A stretch of DNA of 64,000 bases from a virus (Duplodnaviria; Caudoviricetes). The notes beneath the pieces are model-generated. The model searched no databases and had not been told where the DNA came from. It worked only from the letters and a program-made list of their open reading frames with translations. Below are positions 29,494 through 39,496 of this stretch, piece after piece. The stretch spans positions 32,888 through 96,887 of IMG/VR virus record IMGVR_UViG_3300033076_000897. The stretch is one strand, 5' to 3'. Position 1 is the first letter of the stretch; each line of letters opens with the position of its first letter. The position numbers and the translations under genes were made by a program.

Positions 29494-29762
29494 TATTCTA
29501 TATCGTAATCTTTATCAACTGTGAAGTTCTTAAAAAGCTTAAGTTTTCTCACAGATTGAATTTTGTTATAAACGTAATCGTTGATGAAGTCTAAAAAGTC
29601 TCTCATCACCGGGTTTCTATATAAGTGTGGAGAAACTGTTTTTCTCATCACTTGATTGCTATAATCGTATCCCAAATTCTTACGTTTGTCTTTAGATCTT
29701 TTAGCAATCGTATACAATTTTTTAAGCTTGTAACCGTATAAACCGTCGTACAAAGATGCCAT
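29493..29762 (-). CDS. Hypothetical basic protein in baseplate cluster
   Basis: 89-aa ORF translationally coupled to the downstream wedge gene. Confidence 0.55.
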   Translation of the reverse strand: MASLYDGLYGYKLKKLYTIAKRSKDKRKNLGYDYSNQVMRKTVSPHLYRNPVMRDFLDFINDYVYNKIQSVRKLKLFKNFTVDKDYDIE

Positions 29763-29764
29763 AA

Positions 29765-31594
29765 TTACATTGATTTTCTATTTGTAGACTGTAACTTAGT
29801 GTATACAGTGCGTTGTACTGGTGGTTCATCAAAGTAAACAGAGAGACTTGCCATTTCATTGATGGCTGGTTGAGCTTTTACTTCAACCGAATCTCTGTCT
29901 AACCAACCACCTCTAAATAGAGGCATGTCTTGTTTGTTCATGATGATGTCACCGTACTTGTCTAAGCCGACGTATTTGTCAAAGCCAATTGGATTAGGTT
30001 GACCAGGAACAAGGTTCACCTTTTGTACAGTTTCGTTTTTCTCAAAGAAGAAGAATCTTTGTTTTCCATCTCCAACATCTTGAAGAGTTGGTGTAGTTGG
30101 AGTTACAGTCACTGTCTTGACATAATAGTAACCCAATCTTCTAGCTTCTTCTTCAAGCGCAGAAACGAATTGAACGTTTACAGCGTCGATGCCTTCGATA
30201 CCCTCTAACAAAGCGATGATGTCAGATTTAGGTAGTTTGTCTCTTCTAACTACGTTAAGTAAATATTCGCTGATCTTTGATCTAATGTCTTTAAAGATCT
30301 GGTTTTTGTCAAATCCTTCGAAGTATCTAACAAAAATGTCCATGCGATAAAATTTCACAGTAGGTTTTACGAATTCAATATCAGTAACAACCATTTGTTG
30401 TCCAGAATCTTCGATAACCTTTTTAATAGCATTCAGTTCAGTATCTTTAAAGTTAAATTCTTCAACTGGCAGTGAGAAATAATCTTGACCAGCCATTAAT
30501 TTTCTCTTTGCATCGGGTAGTAAGAACAGATAGATGACGTTATCGTCGTCTAAATATCCATCATCGGTTGATGTATAAGCGTCTATATAAGAAAATGAAT
30601 TGTATCTTGATAGAAAGTGTTCGTAATTTTGTGGAGTTGCTAATACAAAAGATTTAGATGCCAAAGGTGCAATTAATTTTGTAAACTCAGTACTTTCTGG
30701 ATCAGCTCCCATTTTAGGCGCTGCTACAACTTCACAATCTAATATTTCGTTAAGGTTGTATGTAGTTCCAGTAGAATCAGAACCTTCTGTGATCCATTTG
30801 AAAGAAATGTCTTTGGAATCTCCGACGTTTCCTTTAGAACCATCATGTTTGATGTATTCTACGCTGATAGTTGAACCAACTGGCGGTACCATACCGAAAT
30901 TACCATTACCAAAATAAACATCTAAACCTCCAACAATACCTGCTTTTACGAGATAACCTTTAGAATTGGCTCCCATCTCGTATAGAGAATTGTACTTTGT
31001 CCAAAGTTCACCGTTAACTGAAACTCTAACAGTATCGTGCCCAGTTGCACCTGAAACTTTAATATTGAAAGATTGCATTTTTTCACCAGTACCAGTAACC
31101 GTTTGCGATTCTATTTGTCCCTGTAAAATAGGTGCATTAATGTAACCGTTAAAGTTTTTATCTAATCTAAATTGATCGCTATTTGTCCTAACCATGTAGA
31201 TTAGACCGTTTGAAGGAAAACTAATTTCAGCGTTTGCTGGAATGATTAAAGCGTCACCTGCAATATCGCTAGTAACTCCAGGTTTCCATCTAAATTTAAT
31301 TTGTCCAGTTGCACTAAAGCCTCTTGTTGGATCGTGACCAGCTAATCTAGCTAAACCATAAATAGATTCAGGTTGTTGAGCTGTATAAATATTTTGTTCA
31401 GTTACCGAATCCTCAATGTAGAAAAAGATTAATTCTCCGAGTTCAGAAAGTACTCTTAGAATTTGCGCATACGGTGAAGCTGCGGTGAAAAATTCACCTG
31501 TTCTTTTGTAGGTTCTAGAAATGTAAGTTCTAGCATCCTCAAATATTTGAGTAGCTCTGATCCTAGACTTATTAAGAAATTTAAGTTCTGCCAT
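29765..31594 (-). CDS. Baseplate wedge protein (T4 gp6-like)
   Basis: TAQQPESIYGLARLAGH, VYFGNGNFGMVPPVGSTISVEY and GADPES motifs typical of gp6/baseplate J. Confidence 0.85.
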   Translation of the reverse strand: MAELKFLNKSRIRATQIFEDARTYISRTYKRTGEFFTAASPYAQILRVLSELGELIFFYIEDSVTEQNIYTAQQPESIYGLARLAGHDPTRGFSATGQIKFRWKPGVTSDIAGDALIIPANAEISFPSNGLIYMVRTNSDQFRLDKNFNGYINAPILQGQIESQTVTGTGEKMQSFNIKVSGATGHDTVRVSVNGELWTKYNSLYEMGANSKGYLVKAGIVGGLDVYFGNGNFGMVPPVGSTISVEYIKHDGSKGNVGDSKDISFKWITEGSDSTGTTYNLNEILDCEVVAAPKMGADPESTEFTKLIAPLASKSFVLATPQNYEHFLSRYNSFSYIDAYTSTDDGYLDDDNVIYLFLLPDAKRKLMAGQDYFSLPVEEFNFKDTELNAIKKVIEDSGQQMVVTDIEFVKPTVKFYRMDIFVRYFEGFDKNQIFKDIRSKISEYLLNVVRRDKLPKSDIIALLEGIEGIDAVNVQFVSALEEEARRLGYYYVKTVTVTPTTPTLQDVGDGKQRFFFFEKNETVQKVNLVPGQPNPIGFDKYVGLDKYGDIIMNKQDMPLFRGGWLDRDSVEVKAQPAINEMASLSVYFDEPPVQRTVYTKLQSTNRKSM

Positions 31595-31601
31595 TTTATC
31601 T

Positions 31602-31958
31602 TTAATTTATTACAGCCCTAACAGCGTATTTGTTGTCAATAACTACATCGACAGTTGCCAAAACAATGTCGCCTTCTTTCCAGAATTTAACAACAGCTTC
31701 GGTGTTATATTTTTGTGCAAGAGGACAGTAGTGTGATAATTGTCTCTCTATTGCCGCTTGTATTGTTTCTTCGTTTAGATTAAATTCAAAAAGAAGATCC
31801 TCTAAATTAGCACCAAACGCGGGATCACCTAAAACGTCTCCTCTTTTGGTAAAAAGGATGGTTTCGATCTGTGTTAAAAGCTGGGCGATCTCTGTTTGAG
31901 ACTGCAACTTCATTGGATCGAAATTGGGATCGTCGACTGTTCTGATGTATAATTCCAT
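31602..31958 (-). CDS. Baseplate wedge protein (gp25-like)
   Basis: ILFTKRGDVLGDPAFGANLEDLLFE motif. Confidence 0.85.
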   Translation of the reverse strand: MELYIRTVDDPNFDPMKLQSQTEIAQLLTQIETILFTKRGDVLGDPAFGANLEDLLFEFNLNEETIQAAIERQLSHYCPLAQKYNTEAVVKFWKEGDIVLATVDVVIDNKYAVRAVIN

Positions 31959-31979
31959 ACTATGTTAGTATATATTTCG

Positions 31980-32813
31980 TTAAGAGTGCATCATCCAATC
32001 CACACCTTCGTCGCCTTTGATCTCTTCGATAACTTTATCAAGTTCGTCTTGGCCCATGCTTTGAATAGCGTCTGCGTTGATTTGAATCTCTCCTGGTAAA
32101 TTGTAATTAAAGATACCCAATTTAGACCCTAATGCAATCTTAATTTTAGCAGAACAATATCTAAAGAAGATCTCGTCTTCAAAAAGGGCACAGTCTGGGA
32201 TAGTTTGGTAAAGTTCCAGAATCAAGTGACTCTTAGGTGTTTCACCCATGATCTTCAAGTTTCTAGTCAATTGGTTGTAGTTATAGGATATAGGATTGTT
32301 GATGATCTGTCTAGCCATATCGTAGTAACTCTGTTGAATCACATAGTACTGTAAGTTTTCGGCAGATCTAATATCGTAAGTACCCTGACCCAACATACCT
32401 CCAAAAAGTAAACGGTCGATGTTAAAGTCACCTTTGGTAAATCTGATGTCTGTACCTGCTCCGTAGAATGCACCCACTTGGTAAACACCGTAAACCGAAA
32501 AGACTGCACCGCCTCCAGTTGCATCAGCACCCGGTAGAGTGATAGATCTAGTAGCTTTAAAAATATCAGTCTTAAAGTATTGATCTGGGATCACAAAAAA
32601 GTTTTCTTGTACAGAATACTCGTAGTTTTTATAGAACCACTTCTTGGCTCTCTGGATGATGTTATAGACTTCTTTTTTAGGTAAGTTCATAGGAATCATA
32701 CAAGCTCCAGTGATCTCGTCAGCCAAATCATTCATAAAGTTGTTTAGACAATTTGGATCATAGTCTCTTGGTAGTCCTAGGTCTCCCAAATCTCCTGCGT
32801 CAATGTTAGTCAT
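31980..32813 (-). CDS. Neck protein (T4 gp13-like)
   Basis: C-terminal RYCSAKIK...LPGEIQINADAIQSMGQDELDKV matches the gp13 pattern. Confidence 0.75.
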   Translation of the reverse strand: MTNIDAGDLGDLGLPRDYDPNCLNNFMNDLADEITGACMIPMNLPKKEVYNIIQRAKKWFYKNYEYSVQENFFVIPDQYFKTDIFKATRSITLPGADATGGGAVFSVYGVYQVGAFYGAGTDIRFTKGDFNIDRLLFGGMLGQGTYDIRSAENLQYYVIQQSYYDMARQIINNPISYNYNQLTRNLKIMGETPKSHLILELYQTIPDCALFEDEIFFRYCSAKIKIALGSKLGIFNYNLPGEIQINADAIQSMGQDELDKVIEEIKGDEGVDWMMHS

Positions 32814-32814
32814 T

Positions 32815-34116
32815 TTAGTGTTGTTCTATTTTTTTACTTTGTACGATTTCTGTTTCTACAAAGCTGGCTTTGTGTGTGAATCTACCCTCTCTAAAGATTC
32901 CGCCCTGCATTTGACCCTCGAAATAGGTATCTATTCCAAAAACGTAACAGTTTTCCAAGTGAGTGGATTCAGAAACATAGCAAGATTGTACTTTACTTTC
33001 TTTAATGTCTGTTCCCTGAAAAAGAGCGCACATTCTAATATCAGAACCTTCGATGTCGCAACCGTAAAAGTCACTGCTAAATACAGATCCTCTAATTTTA
33101 CAATCTACGAATTCGTAAACTTCTAATTCAAAACACATTTTCATGAAGGCGTCTTTAATTTGGACCCTTCCAGCATCAGTATCGTAATTGATTCTACCGC
33201 CTTCGATGCCACCGTGTGTAAAGAGTTTGATCACTCTTTCTCTAATTTGAGGCCAATACATATCGATTTTGACTGGGCTATCGCTCATATCGATTGTAAG
33301 TCTAATATCACCGTCAACTGGGAAAAGAACTCTCCAGTCTTTTCTACCATCGATGACTTTTTTATTGGCTTCAAGAATTCTCTTAAGCTCTAGTTTATTA
33401 TTGGCTGTGAAAGATGGATTTTCTGTTGCGTTCCACATTTGCAGCAAGAACACATCGGTCAAGTGCAAAATATCAGTTGTTCTATCCTCGTAATCTTTAC
33501 CTCCCAAATATCTAAATTCCAAATAACCTTTTTCAGCTTTCGAGAAGTTGATGCCGTAGTATTTCGACATCGGATACTCAAAATTCATTGAAGAGATGGT
33601 GTTGCCATCAAAGAAATAGTTTTCTGATCTTGGTAAGATCCATTTGATAGACTTAGCGTAAACTGAGTTTTCTCTGTGTGGGAAGAATTTATAAACCTGA
33701 TTTTCGTTGAAGTCAAGAATAAACTTCAAAACGTTCATCTTTTTGATACGGTATGGATCACCAGTTTTCTTGGTGTCAAACGAACAGTTAACGTGAATAG
33801 CTGATCTTTCTGTCGTGTAGCCGTGCTCTTTGATATAGGCCAAAACTTTGATCAAAACCATTCTAGCATCTTGGTACGGCAAGGCACCAGTAACCAGCTC
33901 CAACATGTTCTTACCACCTGACATGTCAGGTTCAACCTTAAACTTTTTATCGGTTGGTTGAAAATCACTGTGGGCTTTGGTACCCACATAAATATCACGA
34001 CCTAGAAGAGATTTCAGTTGACTAACTGCCTCTTCTAGGTCGTAATTAGAAAAGAACTCAAATTCAAACCCGATTAGAGCGTTGAAAAGAATGTCCTTGT
34101 TGTGTACGTTTAACAT
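32815..34116 (-). CDS. Putative amidoligase (COOH-NH2 ligase superfamily) with C-terminal beta-helix-like repeats
   Basis: IGFEFEF, EPDMSG, ELVT, TTERSAIHVNCS, KYYGINF and YLEFR motifs. Confidence 0.75.
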   Translation of the reverse strand: MLNVHNKDILFNALIGFEFEFFSNYDLEEAVSQLKSLLGRDIYVGTKAHSDFQPTDKKFKVEPDMSGGKNMLELVTGALPYQDARMVLIKVLAYIKEHGYTTERSAIHVNCSFDTKKTGDPYRIKKMNVLKFILDFNENQVYKFFPHRENSVYAKSIKWILPRSENYFFDGNTISSMNFEYPMSKYYGINFSKAEKGYLEFRYLGGKDYEDRTTDILHLTDVFLLQMWNATENPSFTANNKLELKRILEANKKVIDGRKDWRVLFPVDGDIRLTIDMSDSPVKIDMYWPQIRERVIKLFTHGGIEGGRINYDTDAGRVQIKDAFMKMCFELEVYEFVDCKIRGSVFSSDFYGCDIEGSDIRMCALFQGTDIKESKVQSCYVSESTHLENCYVFGIDTYFEGQMQGGIFREGRFTHKASFVETEIVQSKKIEQH

Positions 34117-34174
34117 TTTTAGAGCTAATATTATACTATAGTTTTAGTATATATCGCCCCAATAAAATGTTAGT

Positions 34175-35500
34175 TTAGGAAATCAATTTCAAGAATACCT
34201 TTTTGGTGATTTCTTCGATTCTTGAGATCTCGACAGTAACTTCTTGACCTTTAGAATAGTTCTTGATTGCACCTTCAGGTAGTTCACTTACGTGTAAGAG
34301 TCCAACTACACCTTCTTCGATAGCTACGAACATACCATAGTCTTTGATAGACTTCACTGTTCCTGTAACTCGAGCAGGCAATTTATATCTTTCACTGATG
34401 CCGTTCCAAGGATCTTGGTGAACCAGCTGAGTCAATGTGATCTTAGTATCAGAGATGATCTCTTTAACTTTGAATTCGATCGCATCACCGGGATTGATCT
34501 CATGCTTCTTAAGTTTAAGAGCGTGTGCTTCGTCCAAGTCATTGATGTGAATCATACCAGTCAAACATCCGTTGAATTCACAGAACACACCGAATTTGGC
34601 AGTACCAGTTACAAAACCAGTGATCATTTGATCTCCTGAAGTTCTTAGATCTTCAATTGCGTTAGGTACTAAAGCTTTCAAGTAAGCTCTGTGAGAAACT
34701 ACTACTGTGCCTCTTTCAGCTGAGAAGCTGATAGGAACTACGTAAAGATCTTGACCAACAATAGACGAGAAGTCGTGCAATTTGTTCATACCGGCCAAAG
34801 AACCTGGCATAAAACAATCGATACCGTTAACGTTGACAATGTAACCACCTTCTTGGATCATGTGTTTCACGTGACCAGTGTAAGCTACGTTACCGTCGAT
34901 GTTGTTCATTAATTCTTCAAAGATAGCTTGTTGCATACCTTCTTCGATAGAACCAGTGATGAAATCTTTTTGCTTTCCTTTAGTGACCTTTACAGCAACA
35001 TGGTCGCCTTCTTTGTAAGCTTTTGTGTCCTCTTTAGAAGAGTTTACATAGATCAATTCTCTGTAACCAATGTCGATGCTCATCCATTGTGGAGTGATAC
35101 CGTAAACAGTACCCTCGTAAACTTTACCGATTTCAACATCGAATTTGTTAGGGAAATTGGTAGAAGCTTTGTTGAACATTAGATCGTAAAGCTCTTGAGC
35201 GTAGCTACCTGTACAATAAACTTTGTCGCTTTTGTCAACGGTTTTTACGTGCGGATTGGTGTTTCTACCAACTCTAACGCGATTGGCATTTTCGTAGCCA
35301 TCCCAATCGAATTCACCGTTAGGTAGGTACCACTCGTCGCCGTCGAATCTAACGTCTTCGTCGACCTTTGAAAAGTCTCTTTGTTTGATTTCGACCAAGT
35401 CTTTTAATTCTACTGAATTTTCTTTGACTTTGTCAGCCAATCTTGGCTTTTTTGTACTAACCTTAGATGCGGTTGTAGCGTTTGATTTTTTTGATGTCAT
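34175..35500 (-). CDS. rpsA: Ribosomal protein S1 homologue (four S1/OB domains)
   Basis: Repeats GKVYEGTV, GGYIVNVNGIDCFMPGS, FGVFCEF...GMIHINDL and YGMFVAIEEGVVGLLHVSEL; N-terminal FDWDGYE as in Bacteroidota S1. Confidence 0.88.
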   Translation of the reverse strand: MTSKKSNATTASKVSTKKPRLADKVKENSVELKDLVEIKQRDFSKVDEDVRFDGDEWYLPNGEFDWDGYENANRVRVGRNTNPHVKTVDKSDKVYCTGSYAQELYDLMFNKASTNFPNKFDVEIGKVYEGTVYGITPQWMSIDIGYRELIYVNSSKEDTKAYKEGDHVAVKVTKGKQKDFITGSIEEGMQQAIFEELMNNIDGNVAYTGHVKHMIQEGGYIVNVNGIDCFMPGSLAGMNKLHDFSSIVGQDLYVVPISFSAERGTVVVSHRAYLKALVPNAIEDLRTSGDQMITGFVTGTAKFGVFCEFNGCLTGMIHINDLDEAHALKLKKHEINPGDAIEFKVKEIISDTKITLTQLVHQDPWNGISERYKLPARVTGTVKSIKDYGMFVAIEEGVVGLLHVSELPEGAIKNYSKGQEVTVEISRIEEITKKVFLKLIS

Positions 35501-35537
35501 TTATTTTTAAATTTAGAAGTGATGAGTTATATATCTA

Positions 35538-36221
35538 CTACTTTTCGTGTTTAATTTTAACCAATTTTGTTAATTCAGTCTGAACGGCTATAACTTCAGT
35601 AGGAAGAGGAGGACTACTAGGTCCTGCAGGAGTTGGGTGAGTGTGTTTATTAAAAGTCTCCATAAATTTCTTTAGAGTTTGATACAAAGTTTCACCATTA
35701 ACTGCAGGTTCTTTTTTATCAGTATCTGAAGTTGCCATATAGATGTTTTCAGCATTGATCAAAATATCTCCCTGATCATCGAATTTGATCATGGGTGCAG
35801 AAGTTTTAGAATCTCCTGTGGTAATTACTAAACCGTCTTCTTTAGACCAATAAACTCTAATATTTCTCGTAGCATCATATACCAAAGATATAACATTATG
35901 AGGTTCTGCAGAAGCATCTAATACGTCTTCTTTAAGCTGTTTATTTTGATCTATTTGATAGTGATATTCTGGCATGTAAATGTTACCGTTATCGAATCTA
36001 ACTGCAACGATATCGCCTACATTTGGAACAGCATGTGATCCTGGTAACATTCTATTAGAAGGAAAAGCCCATGGAATATCAGCGGTTGCCAGTAAGTCAA
36101 ACTTACCAAAAACCTTTATCTTACACCTACCTAAATTTTCAGGATCCTGGTTTTCCACCACTTCTCCTATCCAACTTGTAGCCCTAAGATTATCGGCACT
36201 TAATTCCTTTATGCTTTCCAT
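35538..36221 (-). CDS. Baseplate hub/spike protein (gp5 N-terminal OB domain, no lysozyme domain)
   Basis: WIGEVVENQDPENLGRCKIKVFG...IPWA; C-terminal HTHPTPAGPSSPP spike-tip motif. Confidence 0.85.
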   Translation of the reverse strand: MESIKELSADNLRATSWIGEVVENQDPENLGRCKIKVFGKFDLLATADIPWAFPSNRMLPGSHAVPNVGDIVAVRFDNGNIYMPEYHYQIDQNKQLKEDVLDASAEPHNVISLVYDATRNIRVYWSKEDGLVITTGDSKTSAPMIKFDDQGDILINAENIYMATSDTDKKEPAVNGETLYQTLKKFMETFNKHTHPTPAGPSSPPLPTEVIAVQTELTKLVKIKHEK

Positions 36222-36246
36222 ATATTATGTATCTTTATGACAGTGT

Positions 36247-37335
36247 TTAAAAAACGTTGCCAAGATCTTTCGCAATAGCGTTAATCGAACCCTGTCTAAG
36301 AGCATCTCTAAACGTAAATCTTACATCATGGACATTGCCCAAAAATACATTACCCAACATTCCACTAACCATATTTTCCATTTCTCTTTGTGCATTCTTA
36401 GCCAATTTTTTAGGAAATTGGGTGACAACATTACTTATCTCTTCGCTTAAATCAGTAACCTGTCTAACTTGATCAGCAAATGGACCTGTATAACCAGAAG
36501 CAAAAGGAGCAGTTGGATTGATACCATTATCACTTAATGATCCATTAGACGCTCTATCAGATAAATCTAATCTAACTCCCATAATGCCATTAAGATACCT
36601 AGCATCGTAAGTATGAATTCTCTCGTATTTAATATCTATGGTAGAAGTTGCCTGCTTGGGTTCGATGGCACTTAAATCAGCAAATAAATTACCTGAATTT
36701 AATTCAAATTCACACTTAGAAGCTTTGAATGCAAAAAATGGTAGGTTTTCCCCAGTAACACTATTAGCATCAAATGGAGTTTGAATCGCTGAAGTTTGAT
36801 TTCCAGTATTTGGTCCCAATTGAATCTTTCTCATTTCAGAAACATAGACTATTAGTGAAAACTTTCTAAGATTGTCAGGTACTACCCAAACCCATCTATC
36901 TTCATCCCACATAGCTGCTCTGTATAAATCCATCATACCGGCGACCATTAGGTTTAAACTCTCTAAACATGTGATAGTAATCTTGGCATCGTCTCCACCG
37001 CGATACGGTTCCATTACATTATAGTTGATGAATGTTTCTACGCCTGCCAAAGATTGCCAAAACCATGGCATTTCTTTGTTTATTAGTCTAAGTGTTTTTA
37101 CGAATTCAGCCAAATAAAAAGCTCTGTCATCATCTTTGATATACTCTTTTAAATAATATGCGGCGGTACCGATTCTAGGATTGTCTGAACCTGCATCTGC
37201 CAAGAGCGGAGAATTTTCAGCGTCATCGAACATAAACTGCAACATAAAAGTCAGGTACGTTGGATCCTGATAGTATTTAGAAGTCTTCTGACCCTTTCTA
37301 AATGAATTGATATTTTTATATTCGTAAACCGCCAT
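36247..37335 (-). CDS. Putative baseplate/tail-tube initiator protein
   Basis: Located in the baseplate hub cluster; 362 aa. Confidence 0.45.
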   Translation of the reverse strand: MAVYEYKNINSFRKGQKTSKYYQDPTYLTFMLQFMFDDAENSPLLADAGSDNPRIGTAAYYLKEYIKDDDRAFYLAEFVKTLRLINKEMPWFWQSLAGVETFINYNVMEPYRGGDDAKITITCLESLNLMVAGMMDLYRAAMWDEDRWVWVVPDNLRKFSLIVYVSEMRKIQLGPNTGNQTSAIQTPFDANSVTGENLPFFAFKASKCEFELNSGNLFADLSAIEPKQATSTIDIKYERIHTYDARYLNGIMGVRLDLSDRASNGSLSDNGINPTAPFASGYTGPFADQVRQVTDLSEEISNVVTQFPKKLAKNAQREMENMVSGMLGNVFLGNVHDVRFTFRDALRQGSINAIAKDLGNVF

Positions 37336-37355
37336 AAGATATGTATCGTATTTTG

Positions 37356-38864
37356 TTATGCGTCAGGTAACTGCTTAAGAGGTACTGGCCATTCTCTTCT
37401 GTAAAGATGTAAGCGTTGTTTCATGCCTTCATCCAAATTATAGATGTATGTTATTTTACCGATAAGGTACGTACCGCTTAAAAAATTATTGATCTTTGCT
37501 GTAGCTCTGGCTTCGTTTTCTCTATCATCGGGTTTAGCACCATCAAAATGACCTTCATTCATACCTGTTTTTTCAAGCTTGATGTCCTTTTCAGAAGTTG
37601 CCATTTTTCTAGTGATGTCGTGTTCGTATATGATCACCGGTATTTTTTGGTACCTATAAAGAGCCATGTTTGATCCACCTAAATCTACCACTAACTGTAA
37701 TTTTTCTAGTTCAGCTCTGTTGTGAAAATTGTGTAAAACGGAGTAATTGAAGTTGAGATGTGTATTTCTAGAAGCGGCATCGTCGCTGTAAAATTGACGA
37801 CCAGTATATTTGTGTTTTCTTTCCAATTCAACTCTTATGTCACCTTCTCCACCGTATCTGCCTCTCAATGGAGATTCAATGGGTTTTAGATCTTCGCTAG
37901 TCAATGATTCGAGCGTAAATTGTTTTAGTTTTTCTTCTTCTCCGTGATCATAATATTGTACGTCTCTTTTGTAGCCAAACACTTCAACTACGTTGAACGC
38001 TTTGTTCTCAAGAGTGTAAGACACGATATGATTAGAAGTCCCCTGTAAGTTTGTATTGTTGGTTAATAGTAATTTACCAGACATGTTGTACAAATCAGTA
38101 TCCTTGACGTCGACTGAAAGATCCTGTAAGAACGTAAAGAATGTGTCTTCAAAATCAGCCTTAACATTGATCTGATGATTGATGTCAATAAAGTTTAAAT
38201 AGTAATATTGATCAATGTGAAAATCTTGAAATGAATTTTCACCAATGTATGAACTATTAACAGTGTCCTTTATAAAATCTAAGCGACTTCCGTATGGACA
38301 CAATCTAATCATAGAATCACTAGTACCAGTAACGTTTGTCGCTAATCCCAACTTAAGATCGGTTGCAATAGCTTCTAAATGATCTAGACTTGTTCCTTCA
38401 CCAAAACTTTTGCAATCTTCTGCAAAAAGACCGGGAATACTACACTGACCAAACATCGTAAACGTTGGTGTGCCAGCCTCGGGTTGTGTAGGGTTTCCAT
38501 ATACTCTAATTATGTCAAAATCTAATCTGATTGACTTATAGATTTCTGGATTCTTAGAAGCTAATCTAACGTTAATGATACCACCGTCTCGTGGGTAGTT
38601 ATCAATCGTAAACATGTTTCTGGAATCAGAAAATTTGATGTAAAGTTTAGGCATCTCTTCGGTTAAACTTAACTCAAATTGTAGGAGATCCGTATCACTT
38701 AGTGTATAACCGTTAATGATCACCATTGGCACCAAATCACCAGCTCTTTTACTTGGAATTTGATTAGGACCTCTACCCTCATCTTCGGCCATGTTAGGTA
38801 ATTGTACTTCGTCCAGAACAATAGTCGGTTCTAGGACTGTTAAAATATTGCTAGATACTGACAT
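37356..38864 (-). CDS. Putative baseplate hub protein (gp27-like)
   Basis: C-terminal LSGTYLIGKITY...LYRREWP; position between the LysM/gp53-like and gp5 genes. Confidence 0.6.
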   Translation of the reverse strand: MSVSSNILTVLEPTIVLDEVQLPNMAEDEGRGPNQIPSKRAGDLVPMVIINGYTLSDTDLLQFELSLTEEMPKLYIKFSDSRNMFTIDNYPRDGGIINVRLASKNPEIYKSIRLDFDIIRVYGNPTQPEAGTPTFTMFGQCSIPGLFAEDCKSFGEGTSLDHLEAIATDLKLGLATNVTGTSDSMIRLCPYGSRLDFIKDTVNSSYIGENSFQDFHIDQYYYLNFIDINHQINVKADFEDTFFTFLQDLSVDVKDTDLYNMSGKLLLTNNTNLQGTSNHIVSYTLENKAFNVVEVFGYKRDVQYYDHGEEEKLKQFTLESLTSEDLKPIESPLRGRYGGEGDIRVELERKHKYTGRQFYSDDAASRNTHLNFNYSVLHNFHNRAELEKLQLVVDLGGSNMALYRYQKIPVIIYEHDITRKMATSEKDIKLEKTGMNEGHFDGAKPDDRENEARATAKINNFLSGTYLIGKITYIYNLDEGMKQRLHLYRREWPVPLKQLPDA

Positions 38865-38866
38865 AA

Positions 38867-39496
38867 TTAATTTGACGTAGGTTTACCGGTGTTAACGTTT
38901 TTAGTATTACTCTTAGGCAGAGATTCAGTTGCTATTTTTTTAATCTGTTGAGCAAATTTAGGACTCAATATAGCTTTGGAACCCAGCATCGGTGTATTTG
39001 TTTTCATTGAAGAATTTTGTAAAGAAATAACTCTTCCCTTGATCACTACGTCCTTCTCACCAGTTTTCAACATGTTTGGTGGCAAATTTTGTTTGCTGCC
39101 ATTTGGTTTATTAGAGGATCTGTTCTTTAAAAACTCCACTCTTTTAAGATCAGGTTTGCTCATTCTCTTGGCATCTAAAAACTGCTGTCTTACTGGGTTT
39201 TCTATTTCTTTTGGTTTTTCCCATTTGAAAGTTTGACCATTCGGATCTGGAATTTCCAAAATCATTCCTGGCGCTATAGAAAACGGGTTGGAAATTCCAT
39301 TCCATTTTAAGATTCTATCAAAAGAACCATCAACACCGTAATATTTTTTAGCTATTTTATCTACTCTCATGGCCTCATCTTCATTCACAGTATGATACGC
39401 TATGATTTTGATATTCTTAACAAATACCATAGTAGGCTCTGACAAAATAACTTTGCCATTGCTAATGCGTTTTCTATTTATAACTTCAGTATTCAT
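38867..39496 (-). CDS. Baseplate wedge LysM-like protein (gp53-like)
   Basis: RVDKIAKKYYG...ILKWNGISNPFSIAPGMILEIP. Confidence 0.75.
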   Translation of the reverse strand: MNTEVINRKRISNGKVILSEPTMVFVKNIKIIAYHTVNEDEAMRVDKIAKKYYGVDGSFDRILKWNGISNPFSIAPGMILEIPDPNGQTFKWEKPKEIENPVRQQFLDAKRMSKPDLKRVEFLKNRSSNKPNGSKQNLPPNMLKTGEKDVVIKGRVISLQNSSMKTNTPMLGSKAILSPKFAQQIKKIATESLPKSNTKNVNTGKPTSN

